Positions 26,800 through 39,219 of a DNA stretch of 64,000 nt are shown one piece after another. A program made the translations under genes and the position numbers. The notes below the pieces were generated by a model. It searched no databases. It was not told where the DNA came from and saw only the letters and a program-made list of their open reading frames with translations. Source of the DNA: Octopus sinensis (taxonomy: Eukaryota); NCBI RefSeq assembly GCF_006345805.1, contig NC_043007.1, positions 42,780,001-42,844,000 of the forward strand, in the 5' to 3' direction. How positions within the stretch are numbered: position 1 is the first letter of the stretch; the number at the start of each line of letters is the position of its first letter.

Positions 26800-28597
26800 A
26801 TAATGTGGCCACCCACCACTGATGCTATATTTCTGGTAAGACAGCTGCAGGAGAAATACTTAGCCAAAAATAAACTTCTGTACCTGGCTTTTGTTGACAT
26901 GGAGAAAGCTTTTGACAGGGTCCCCCAATCCCTTATCTGGTGGTCAATGAAGAAACTAGAGATAGATGAATGGTTAGTGAGAGCTGTGCGAGCCATGTAC
27001 AGGGATGCTGTCAGTAAGGTGAGGGTTGGCAACGAGTACAGTGAAGAATTCCAGGTAGGGGTCCACCAAGGATCAGTCCTCAGTCCCCTCTTATTCATCA
27101 TAGCCCTCAAGGCAATAACAGAGGAATTCAAGACAGGATGTCCCTGAGAGCTCCTGTATGCTGACGACCTTGCTCTAATAGCTGAGTCACTATCAGAATT
27201 AGAGAAGTTTCAGGTGTGGAAGCAAGGACTAGAATTGAAGGGCCTTAGAGTCAACCTAGCAAAAACCAAAGTCTTAATAAGTAGGAAGGCAGACAAACCA
27301 CAAATCCCTTCAGGTAGATGGCCCTGCTCGATCTGTAGAAAAGGTGTAAGTAGAAACTCCATAAGATGTACCCAGTGTAAGCTATGGACATATAAAAAGT
27401 GCAGCAATATCAAAAGAAGGCTAACTGGGAAGATATTTTTTGTGTGTGGCAAATGCTCAGGAGCAATAAACACTGAAAATGTGCAGAGAACAACTTCTGT
27501 CATATTTCAGGGGGAAAAACTACAAATAGTTGATAGCTTCCGTTACCTAGGTGACCAAGTTGGATGCTCTGAAAGTGTAGCTGCTAGAATAAGAATAGCC
27601 TGGGCAAAGTTCAGAGAGCTCCTACCTCTGCTGGTGACAAAGGGCCTCTAGCTCAGAGTAAAAAGTAGACTATATGACACATGTGAAACAGACATGCTAC
27701 ACGGCAGTGAAACATGGGCCATGACTCCTGAGGACATGTGCAAGCTTGCAAGGAATGAAGCCTTTATGCTCCACTGGATGTGCAATGTCAGTGTGCATAC
27801 ACGACAGTGTAAGTGCCAAGAGAGAAAAGTTGGACTTAAGAAGCATCAGATATGGTGCGCAAGAGAGACGACTGCACTGGTATGGTCACGTGTTGCAAAT
27901 GGATGGGGACAGCTGTGTGAAAAAGTGTCACATCCTAGCAGTTGAGGAAACCTGTGGAAGAGGTAGACCCAGGAAGACCTGGGATGAGGTGGTGAAGTAC
28001 GCCCTTCAAATACTGGGCTTCACTGAGGCAATGACAAGTGACCAAGACCTTTGAAGATATGCTATGATTGAGAAGACCCGGCAAGCCAAGTGGGACTATA
28101 ACCGTGGCTTAAGCCAATGCTACATAACCAGCCTATTTAAGAGTACTCTTCAATCATTGAATAATAAACTATGCTTGCGAAGACATGTTGAGACAAGTGA
28201 AATCATTGTCATGGCCAATGACAGTACCACCTGGAACATTAAAAGCACCATTTGAGTGTGATCATTGCCAGGGCTGGTGACACAAAAAAAAAAAAACACC
28301 ATTCAAGCGTGATCATTGCCAGCATCGCCTGACTGGCTCCTGTGCCAGTGGTATGTAAAAAAACACCATTCAAGTGTGGTCGTTGCCAGTACTGTTGGAC
28401 TGGCTCCTGTGCAGGTGGCACGTAAAAGTATCCACTACACTCTTGGAGTGATTGGCGTTAGGAAGGGCATCCAACTGTAGAAACTTTGCCAGATCAGATT
28501 GGAGCCTGGTGCAGCCTTCTGGCTCGCCAGCCCTCAGTCAAACAATCCAACCCATGCCAGCATGGAAAGCAGATGTTAAACGACAATGATGATGATG
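26800..28597 (+). mobile_element. 5'-truncated RTE-type LINE with RT, PHD-like finger, 3' UTR repeats and (GAT)n tail
   Basis: TTDAIFLVRQLQEKY, AFVDMEKAFDRVP, GVHQGSVLSPLLF, LLYADDLAL, FRYLG, MLHGSETW and GRGRPRKTW motifs with stops. The 3' UTR has tandem modules of about 50 bp and ends in GATGATGAT. Confidence 0.92.
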
Positions 28598-28916
28598 TAT
28601 CTAACTTGATTTTGCTTTCTACTTATATTGTTAATAATCTTTGAAACGGCACAAATTTATCAAATCCCATAGCTTATGTATAAAACTTTTATTATACCAA
28701 CGAATCAAGGACTTAGATTCATAAATTCATTAAAACACTAGCTAGTTAATTACAAAAACATCATGCTAGATATCGCAAATGTTCTTTCTGCCAAGAGAAA
28801 TATTTAACAGAAGCTCCCCACTTATTCTTCAGTGACCTTATACCTGAGGAAAAACAGTAAACATTTAATGCAAGAGAAATTGAAAATAATTCAGCTAAAA
28901 ATATTTTACTTTTTAC

Positions 28917-28995
28917 CTGTCAAAACTTTCCGGTATAGTTTGATAACAAAAACAGCAAGGAGTATAATGAAGAATATGTACAAACTACTGTCATC
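28917..28995 (-). CDS. PIGH: PIG-H exon 2, transmembrane segment (DDSSLYIFFIILLAVFVIKLYRKVLT)
   Basis: TTATTTATTTTCAG acceptor, G|GTAAAA donor, 79 nt; phase 0 in and phase 1 out, matching exons 1 and 3. Hydrophobic helix followed by KLYRKV, as in PIGH (LGYLHFVKID). Confidence 0.88.
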
Positions 28996-30832
28996 CTGAA
29001 AATAAATAAGATACAATATCAACATACATTAACATATAAATATATACACATACATAGCCATAACTACATGTATATATCTTGAGGTGGGAACAAGACTCTA
29101 GGAGTTGTGATACAAATGACCAAATCATCTGCAACATTAACTTCAAGAAACCTGCCAGTACCTGATCAATCTGGTGAGCACACAAGCCAGAGTGATTACT
29201 TTCTCACAAGAAAGGAGATGGTTGTAAATGCAAAGTCCTTCTCCTGTGAAGGATGTTCTATTCAACGTAAGTTAGTAGTTAGAACTGGAAGAACTTAGAG
29301 ACACAAACCAGTCTGGAAAAGAGAGATATGGAAGCTTAAAGAGCCATTGAATAGTCAGGGATTTAGAGAAGTCCTAACTGAAGCATCTGATGAGCAAGAG
29401 GAAGAGGACCTATAACATACAGGAAAAATTAATGAGGGCAGGCAATAGATACCTTAGAGAGGAGTAATTACAGAATATCAAGTTGCTGGATCAGGTCATG
29501 AAAGTTACAGAAGGATTTATAACTAATTCAGATGAGAGTTAGACTATATGAGATGCAGTTTGAATTTGTACCAAGAAGTACTACTGATGCTCTCTTTCTA
29601 GTAAAGCAGAAGTATTTAGCCAAAAATAAACTGTTGTACTTGGCTTTAGTTGATCTAGAAAAAGCCTTTTACAAGATACCTTACACTCTGACCTGATGGT
29701 TGCAGTGGAAGCTAAGAATAGACAAATGGTTAGTAAGAGTCATTTAAGCTATGTACTGAGGTGCCGTCAGTATGAGAGTTAGCACTGAGTACAGCAATGA
29801 ATTTAGTGTAAAAGTAGATCACCAGAACTCAACTCTCTGTCCCTTAATTATCACAGTTCTCCAGGTTATAAAAGAGGATTTTAAGACCAGTTGCCCATAG
29901 TCTCCTTTATACTGATAGCCTTGTTCTTATAGTGTAATCTGTAGTAAAATTAAGAAAGAAATTGTAGGTGTGGAAGCAAAACCTGGAACCAACAGTCCTT
30001 AAAGTTAACTTAGCAAAGTCCAAAATTCTAGTAAACAGGAAAACAGACAGGAAAACAGTAATTGCAGGTTTTAGTTGTTGATATCCAACGAGAAAGTTGA
30101 GTGGTAGACACCACCTTTCAGAGTGAAGTTTGAGTATAGAATATAGTATTGACAGCATAAATGGAGGAAGAATTCTGTATGAGAGAAGAGGATGTGTGGT
30201 TTGTATATAGGTTGTATCAGTCATGGATAGTGGAGAAGAAGAAAGAAAACTGTCTTGTCATTTAGAATTATTTTTTGCCATGACAGGAAGCATAGAGAGT
30301 GCCAGTGCATCATGAGTTCACATTGACCTCAGCTGAAAGCCTGGTCTGAATGCTTGCTAATGACTGAACTTTGCTAAAGGCATCTATGGGTATAGTAAAC
30401 CAGACAGTATGATGTAGCTACCAACAGGGATTAAAAAAAAAAAAGAACCATGTTGGTTCATAAGTCTGAAACATAACGTGTATGTGGTAAATAGGAGTAA
30501 AAACCTAGACCTAACATTATTTTCATAAACTGTTTGATTGAAAATATTCCAAACTTAGTAAATGCAAAATAATAATAGCTAATGACTAAGCATTTCGAAT
30601 ATATACAAGCTGACACCATAAGCTAATTACATAACTCAAATATGTCACATAACTCAAGTATTACATCATAATGCCAAATACCATTCATTACAAGTTACAG
30701 TGACTACTAACCACAGTAAAACCATTTATATTGAATTATTTCAGTTCCCATAGACTGTAAATTTTATTGTAAAAATACCTAAAGGAAACTCTCTATTAGG
30801 TTTTATTTTAAAAACTATATTACTTCATAGAA

Positions 30833-31687
30833 GAATGTTATATTACATCTCTCAGCAAGATATAAACAGTAGCAGTACAGAGCTCTAACATATATTTGCC
30901 AACTAAGTGTGGCATCCTATACAAGACAGTGCACCTGATGCTTATAGCCCCAGGAAGACATCTCCACCAGCTGGCCAATGACATACTCTGAGTCTGATTA
31001 GTATTTGCGAGGAGAGGTCATTGCTCCCATCTCTAGCCTTATGTGATATGCACAGACTCAAGTTTCTGGGTGGTTACCCATCCTCAGAGTATGTTAATCA
31101 TCAGTTAGTGATGGAAGCTTATTCTGCTCACAAATTACTATATATTTTTCTCGCGATTCACTGTCGCTGATCTCGTAGAAGAGAAAATGTTATATTAAAT
31201 CTCTGAGTGAGATATAAACAGTAGCAGCACGGAACCATAACATATATTTGCCAACTAAGTATGGTGCCCTTTACAGGACAGTGCTACTGATGTTTATAGC
31301 CCCATGTTTGTTACAATAAATCTCTGAGCAAGTAGCTGGTGATTAACACACGCTAAGGACGGGTAACCACCCAGAAACTAGAGTCTGTGTGTATCACATA
31401 AGGCTAGAGATGGGAGTGATGACCTCCCCTCGCAAATACTAATTGGACACAGAATGAGTGTATTTAGTTAACTGGAGGAGATGTCTTCCTGGGGCTGTGA
31501 ACATCAGTAGCACTGTCCTGTATAGGATGGCACACTTAGTTGGCAAATATATGTTATGGCACCGTATTGCTACTGTTTATATCTCGTTCAGAGATTTAAT
31601 ATAACATTCTCTCTCTTCTTCGAGATCAGTGACAGTGAGTCGCTGGAAAATACATAGTAATTTGCAAGTGGAATAAACTTCCATCAC
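30833..31687. repeat. 355-bp repeat unit: tandem forward copies (30833-31107, 31108-31303) and an inverted full copy (31333-31687)
   Basis: Unit runs GTGATGGAAG..CACCAGCTA. A head-to-tail junction is seen at 31107|31108. Another inverted partial copy lies at 33819-34045. Confidence 0.9.
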
Positions 31688-33813
31688 GAGCTTGTAATTG
31701 TTGGATTTTTTCAGTAGCGGCCTTTGTGAGTTCGTTTTGCGGTAATTCTAATGTTATGCTTCTACTGTTTGTGTTTTATTCCATTGAATTGTTAAACCTG
31801 TGAAGTTTGAACCTCGGTTATTTTGTTAACAGTTGTTTTCACCCTGCAGGGCAGAAAGTTCTGTTATGTTGGAGAACTGTGAACTTTGATTTTTGCCCTT
31901 TTACAGGGAAAAAATTGTTCTGTTTAAAAATTATTTTTTGTAAAAGACAATTTTTTTGGCAAAAAAGTTTTTTTGTCAGTTTTTGAAAACATTTTGCGTG
32001 TCCTGTTAAAGAATTTTGTATTTAATATGGAATTTGACTTAGAGTCAATTTTGGACTTCCCAGAGATGGAAAGGGCAAAAGAGGGCGAAAAGGAAGGGGA
32101 AAAACAAGTTCAGAAGGAAAGACCCAGTTTTTCAGCTGCCATTGGCAGCAATATGGTGAATTTTAATGTATCTATGGCAGAATTATTTAAATACCGGAAT
32201 ATGATAAAGAAAACAGGGAATGATACAAAGTTGCTCCCTCCCCAAGATATACTACAGAATATAGCTACCAAGACTGTGGTCTATAAAACATACAGTCTTA
32301 AGGAGAAACAATGTCTGTCAAGAATGAAGTAATTCAGAAGTGCATGCAACACGTCTGGAATAAAATAAAAAACGTCAGATGTGGTATAAGAAGTGCTACA
32401 GTGGAGGTACAATTCACTGACGAGAGTACAGCAAATGAACATTAACACTGAGAAACAATGAAATAATTCTCCAGCCAACTTATCTAGGTAGGACAAGGAT
32501 GAAAATTAAAGTGGAGGAGATTCTGGCTGGTTTGGATGTGTAGTGGTTTGTAGCAGCCGTAACATACGACATGGAAGAAAAAATGCCAATACTACAAATA
32601 CAGAAAAAAGAGGCAGGAAATTGGAAAGGCCAGTTACTTGAAATGGTAGTCCAAGCCAGTCCTGAAATCCTTGAAGGACTTCCTGATAAGGTGTTCATAG
32701 AGGAGGGGCTGAGCATAAGAGTGAGCATTGAAGGACATAGGCCGCACTGTTTTAAGTGCAGCAAAAAAGGCCACGCCTGCTCAGAATGCAAAGAGAAAAA
32801 GAGCAAAGCCCCTCTTCAGCAAAAATCTAAAGATACAGAAGGAAAAGGAAAACAACCAAAAAATAAGTAGAAGTGCCCAAGGAAAGCAAACCAAGGCAAG
32901 AAACACCAACCACAGAAGAAGAAATAGGATTTACATTAGTGAAATCTCAAAAAAGAAAAAAAAAGGCCTCAGTCCCAGACTCCCCTCCCCATACAGAAAC
33001 ACCATCCCCCTGTTAAAACCCATCTCCAAACCCCACCCCAAAATACAATACAAAATTGTATCATTTAAAGTCAGCAACAAAGCTTTGTCATGAATTATAC
33101 ATGCACATCATAAAGCAGAAGTGTACAAAGCAAGCCAAGACTTGCCAGCTCACATTCAGATGGCCAGGATGGAAGCAGGTTTGTTCAATGAACTGACACA
33201 AAGATATAAAGGACGTAAGCACAGAGATGGCTGGCAAGAGCTTCTTTGTGAGTCCAGCGGCTACACCATAAAATGAGGAGGATGGGGGTGAGAAGATGAA
33301 TTCATGCAAACCCTCACCAAAATCAAAATGTAAGTACAGATTTCTAAGGAATTAAGTTAGGGTGCATAAATGTGCATGGCCTAGAGTCAAAATGGAAGCA
33401 AACTTGTCTCCTGGATGACCTTAGGTCACAAGAAATATGTATTGTAAAAACGAGGATGAACGGAGTCGCGACAGGAACCTTCATCTACAGCCCTGTTTTA
33501 CTGTACTACTTTAGATATCATCTGAAGAGCAAGATAGGGCTGGAGATGGGATGTCTGTCATGAAGCATATACGGGAAAAGACGGAAGGATGTGATGAGGA
33601 AGTTGGGTATGAATGACCCTGCTTAAATACACAGTAAATTTGTATGGTGTAGCTGGTGGACTTCCTGGCCAAAATATGAAATAATTCATTATAATTAACA
33701 CTCATCACAAATGTATATCATTTAATATTTTAACTGCATAAACTAAATGAACTCATGAACATTATATGTGCTGTACCCTCTATGTTAGATCTTATGATCA
33801 TAATAAAGAATTT
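31688..33813 (+). mobile_element. Internally deleted L1/Tx1-like non-LTR retrotransposon (ORF1 with CCHC knuckle, start of AP endonuclease, AATAAA 3' end)
   Basis: CFKCSKKGHACSEC zinc knuckle at 32748-32789; GCINVHGLESKWKQTCLLDDL endonuclease start near 33360-33430; TAATAAAGAATTT end; flanked by ATCAC at 31683-31687 and 33814-33818. Confidence 0.78.
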
Positions 33814-34499
33814 ATCACTAGCTGGTGATTAACACACACTGAGGACAGGTAACTACCCAGAAACTTGAGTCCATGTGTATCACATAAGACTAGAGATGGG
33901 AGCAATGATCTCCCCTCACAAATACTATTTGGACACAGAATGTGTATCTTTAGCCAGCTAGAGGAGATGTCTTCCTGGGGCTATAAACATCAATAGCACT
34001 CTCCTATATAGGATGCCACACTTAGTAGGCAAATATATGTTATGGTATATTCAGTTTATTTAGATCTATCAAATTTATTATATATATATATATATAATCA
34101 TCATCATATATATATGTATATATACTTAATTTTTGTATCTGGTTTGCAAGATTTCTTCTGTGAATTCGTGTCTTGAAGCAAATTTTGTTGTGTCTGGTGT
34201 TTTAATGTCTTATTATCTAACACACTCACCTGTTCTATTTCCACTCATTTACTATTTATAATTTTCCTTCCAAACTTTTCGTTACTTTTGCAGCCTTGTC
34301 AATGGATGTTGAGAATCAGGTACAACAATATGTATGTATACACACACGCACATGTATAAATATGTCCATGTATGTATATATATATATACACACACACACA
34401 CACATATATATATCTTTTATGTTTTACAGGTTTCAGGCAGAGACTGAGCACTGCCTTGCAGTGAGTTTGGGTTTCTTTACTGTACTGTTTTTAAAGTAG

Positions 34500-37320
34500 T
34501 CAGATGGAACTGCTCTTCTTTGTTCATCTGCTATCTCATAAAAATTTGTCCAGATGCTGTTTGAAGGCCTCCACATCTACACCTCACAAACTTCTGGGGT
34601 TGTCTGGCAGAATGTTAAACATTATGGACCCTTGAAACCCAAGCAGTTACAGTACTGAGGCCTAATTCTAGATGGAAAAGACAGGATCTTTGATACTATG
34701 CAATGTTGTCCAGCTCAATGGTTGATATAGCTCCCAATTCCAAATTTGGGAGCTAAACTTTCCAGGATCTTCCATGTGTATATCACTGCATATTTCCTAT
34801 GCCTTTTCTCTAGAGAGTAGCACTTCAGTTCCTTTAGCCTTTCCCAATAGCTCATCTGTTTCACCAAGTCAATTTTCTTTGAGAAGTGGCACTGGATTGC
34901 CTCAAGTTCTGTCACCAGTTTGATGCTCTGCAGTGATCACAGCTGGGAGCAGTGATCCAGATGACTGAGAATGAAAGTTCTCCATATGAGTAGCATGGTA
35001 TCCTTTATCCTAGTTGTGAATGACCTCAGAATCCATCCAACTACTCACTTGCAGTGTTGCAATCTTAGTATGGAATGTTGCCTCATTACTCATGTGAATT
35101 TCCAGGTCACTGACTGACTGACTCTGGGATTGCACTACCTCTGGTCCTGCATGCTTGTTTCATCAGCCCATTTGTACATTGCATTCAGGTCATTTTGCAG
35201 TTTTAATATGTCATCAGGGTTCTTGATAGCTTATGAAAGTGGCTGAGAGAGCCATCACAAACAGTAATGGTCCCAGCACAGTTCCTTGAGGAACTCTGCA
35301 GTGAAATGATGTCTCCCCAGAGAGAGCACCATTGGTTGCAACTGCCTGACTTCTGCCTTTCAAAAAGTCATGCAGCCACTCACCCAGTTTTCCAGTGATA
35401 CAAAAGTCACGCAGTTTGTGACATATCCCATGATCAACTTTGTCAAAGGCTTTGACATCTCTCTAACTGTTCAGTCGAAGTCGACTCTCGGTCACTCGGA
35501 TCAGTATCCTCCAGTCAGTTCTATCCTGGGCCGCTTCTTTCAGATTGGCTATGTCCATTCCGGTATCACTCTTGATGGTGTCAAGCCAGCGGGTTCTTGG
35601 TCGGCCTCTTTCTCTCTTGCCACTGACCATTCCGAGCATGATGTCCTTCTCCGCGGATTTTCTCCGCATAATATGACCGAAATATGCCAATCTATGCTTG
35701 GTGATCCTAGCTTCTAGCGACATTTTCGGCCTTATCTGCTTAAGAACTTCTCCATTGGTGAGCCTCGCTGTCCATGGAATCCGTAAAAGTCTTCTCCAAC
35801 ACCAAAGCTCGAATGCATTAATTCTCTTCTGGTCAGTTTTCTTTAGTGTCCAGAGGTCTCGCATCCATATGTTGCTATTGGGAAGACAATTGCATTCACC
35901 AATCTGCATTTGGTAGCGAGTCTGATGTCTCTACTCTTCCAGATCCTGCTCATGCTGACCATTGCCTCTCTGCCTAGTACTAGTCAAGATATATCACATA
36001 CACATTTGAGTGGCTGAGCTGCTAGTTCAGTACCCAGTCATAATGCTGTAGTAGCTGTGTGAAGCAGCTCCTCCCTGAACAAAAGCCATGTTGTGTGTTT
36101 GCAAACAAGTTATTTTCTTTCAGAAATGTGATCAGTCCCCTTCTGACAATGCGCTTCATGACCTTGCTAACATGAAGTCAGAGAGGCCTAAAATTTTTAG
36201 CATCTGCTCTTCTTTTAACAATTTGGGAAGTTTACCACATGCAAAAAAAACTCTGCAAAAGTATCTGCAGTGGTTTTGCAAGAGCTTTCTTGCATGTCTG
36301 ACGTCCATCTGGGTCCACTGCTGAGTTTGAGTTCATCTCATCAATGATTGATATCGCAACTTCTTTTATGTTGATGAAATCAATGGTTGCCTCTTTTCCA
36401 TGTAAATCTACAGTGTTGAAAAAGTCATCAGGCTTGCTTATTTGCAGGCTCCCCAGCAGATAGGTGAAGACACTTTGGAATTGTTTATTTAGCACTTCAC
36501 CTGTCCTCCTGTAGTTAAAGAGCCATCTTCTTCAAACAGTGGCTCTATCTTGTAGAGCACCAAGGCAGATTCTCTCTCAAACATATAGAAAGCTTTAGGA
36601 TTCATTTCTATATTTTCCACTGTCCTAGTTTTCCTTTCTGCTCTTTAATTTTCATGGGAGAGTGAGTTTATTTTCAATATCTAAAAGTGCTTTTTTGAGG
36701 AGAGATGTCTTGCTGTCATTAAGTTACTTGTTTTTGTATGTAATGACTCTCTGGAACAAATTTAATGTATATGGATCACATTATTGACATAAATTCATTA
36801 AGTTTCATATCAATGGCTTTCATAGAGAGACTTTTAAGCCAATTTTGCTGGAGTATCTGTTTTTCAATTGACTGTCAGTCAGTGTTGCAAAAGTTCAAAC
36901 TGAATAGGGTTTGGGTGCCATCTGTTTAGAATACATCATTAATTAGTTTTGGATCATACATCAGTTCTGCTATGTTGTAGTCTAAGAAGATTGTTGGTAA
37001 TATCTTCATATTGTGGATAAGTTCTACATTGCTGGTGAAGCAGAGTTTTAATATGTTATTGTTTCTGTTTGGGAAGAATATGGTTTGTTGCTTGAACAGC
37101 ATTTTCGTGAAATCAAGTGAAGATCATACTTGATTGTGTGATTTGCATGTCATTCCTGCAATTATGGCACTTTCTAGCCATTTGATGTTGGGGAAGTTGA
37201 AGTTACCTATTATTTATTATTATTATGGCTGGGTTTCATTAGAAGTACATTAACACATTGATCTAGTTTTGTTAGTACTTATCATAGTAAGCCTTTCCTC
37301 AAATTTACCACTGAGAGTTG
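34500..37320 (-). mobile_element. CR1-like LINE (endonuclease plus RT), interrupted by an RTE fragment at 35463-35982
   Basis: IIGNFNFPNIKW near 37200; QLLQHYDWVL..VIYLD at about 36050-35983, resuming KAFDKVDHG at about 35450; VPQGTVLGPLLF and YWERLKELKCYSLEKR further on. Confidence 0.85.
35463..35982 (-). mobile_element. BovB-like RTE 3' fragment nested in the CR1 element
   Basis: RINAFELWCWRRLLRIPWTAR..YFGHIMRR..GKRERGRPRTRWLD..DRTDWR..VTESRLRLNS* resembles the BovB/RTE ORF C-terminus. Confidence 0.88.
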
Positions 37321-37528
37321 AGGCATTAGGTGGGTGATATAATGTGCACATCATATATTGTATATACACTTATACATGCACACACACATATGGATATACA
37401 CATCAGCATGCACATTTATGTATATACACATCAGCATGCACATTTATGTATATACACATAACCGTGCACATATGTATAAACACACATACACACACTCTCT
37501 CCGACTTAATACACACATACATATATAT

Positions 37529-37682
37529 ACACATACACTTATACATATATACACACACACTTATACATATATACACACACACTTATACATATATACACAC
37601 ACACTTATACATATATACACACACACTTATACATATATACACACACACTTATACATATGTACACACACACTTATACATATGT
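37529..37682 (+). repeat. Seven copies of a 22-bp (ACACACACACTTATACATATAT) minisatellite within a CA/TA-rich tract
   Basis: Units read directly from 37529 at 22-bp period. Confidence 0.9.
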
Positions 37683-37729
37683 ACACATATGTGTATACAA
37701 ACTTGCACATATATACACATATATGCATA

Positions 37730-38002
37730 CAGTCCCAGATTTACCATTATGCTTAGGGATGCATAAGCACAAGGCCCTGTTGACCAGGGAGCCCATCTTC
37801 CTGCCCCCCAAATTTTTTACGGTGGCCTTTTCAAATGTCAAACAATCCCTGAGCCCTGATAATTCAAAAATTTGACTAAGACTGGTTTAAAAAAAATAAT
37901 GATTTATCGGGTAACATAATATTTTAACTACTACTAAATTTCTTGAGCATGTATGCCTGACTGTCCAAGTAAGGGGCCTCGTTCGTCCTAAATCCAGCAC
38001 TG
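37730..38002. mobile_element. Possible hAT-type MITE
   Basis: Imperfect 14-bp TIRs CAGTCCCAGATTTA / TAAATCCAGCACTG (11/14). Flanks TATGCATA and CATGCACA (6/8) could be a decayed 8-bp TSD. Confidence 0.4.
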
Positions 38003-39164
38003 CATGCACATATATACATACATATACACACACACATCCATGCACATATATACACATAAACATACATACAGGGTTCAAAATTGTATAACCCTAACCCTTA
38101 TTCTGAGGACCATGAAATATTTAAGTTTTTATCGTGTTCTCTCTCAAGAGCCACAATGAATGAAATGCTGTTCTTACATGTGGGACAATGCTGTTATTGC
38201 ACACATGAACAACCTAGACTTCATCCAATTGGCAAAATTTCATTCACCAACACAATAGTCCCCCTCCTCCACAAGCACACTATTGCCTCAGCATCCCTTT
38301 TCTACAGCTATTACAATGGCCTCGACTCGTTTTAACTAACTTGTTGCATATCACCATCACACGGGTCATGCAGTCTCTCTCGTCACCCATACTGTTTCTG
38401 TCCTTTGCATTAACCACTTATACTCCATAATTCTTCACCTACAGAACTTCAACTCTCAGAAATTCTCTTCCCACAAACGTACACTCACAGATTCGTTAAA
38501 CCGAACACTTCCCATAAGCAATCTGACCAGCCCCTGGGCTGCGAAAGTCATGAGCATTACTCACCCGACCTAACTAAACCATTCTAAAGATTGTCTGAGA
38601 GCATGTTTTGCATTACTAAATGATGCTTTCGCTTTCTAATTCAACGAGAAATAAGCAAAACATTATTCAAAGTATATGGGAGAACATTTCATTTCGACAT
38701 GCTTCATTGAACAAATAAGTGGAATAACTGTTAACCTGTTTAACGAGTATCTTCTAATTCTATTTACATAAGAATACGCCTTGTACGTATCTGGTACTTT
38801 ATTCCATTGACTGCAGAAAGATGAAAGGTAAAGTTGACCTCGGCGAATTGTTCCTGTTGGTGGGCGGAATACCTGGTTTGTGTATTGCTCTTTTATTCGA
38901 AGAAAAATTAATCGAACTATTAACCGAACTAGTAGCCATCTTCGATGAGGATAGATCTTGAACTCAAAAATGAGAGATGAAACTAAACAATGCTAGACAT
39001 TCAGTCCAGCGACCTACCTTTTAATAGATTGATGAGATAGGCAGAAGGAAATGTTTGTGAGAGAGAAAGGTAAAACCATAGACTCTAAAAAGGTGAGACA
39101 GAAAGATAGAATAAAGGAGACGCAGCAGGTAGAGTGAAAGAATTACTATGCAGATAAGTCTGTG

Positions 39165-39219
<55 letters not shown>

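Noticed and set aside
37344-37766. His/Thr/Tyr-rich ORFs (also 7622-7929, 39021-39339, 56299-56926, 57475-58020)
   Set aside because: They are translations of CA/TA microsatellites and minisatellites.
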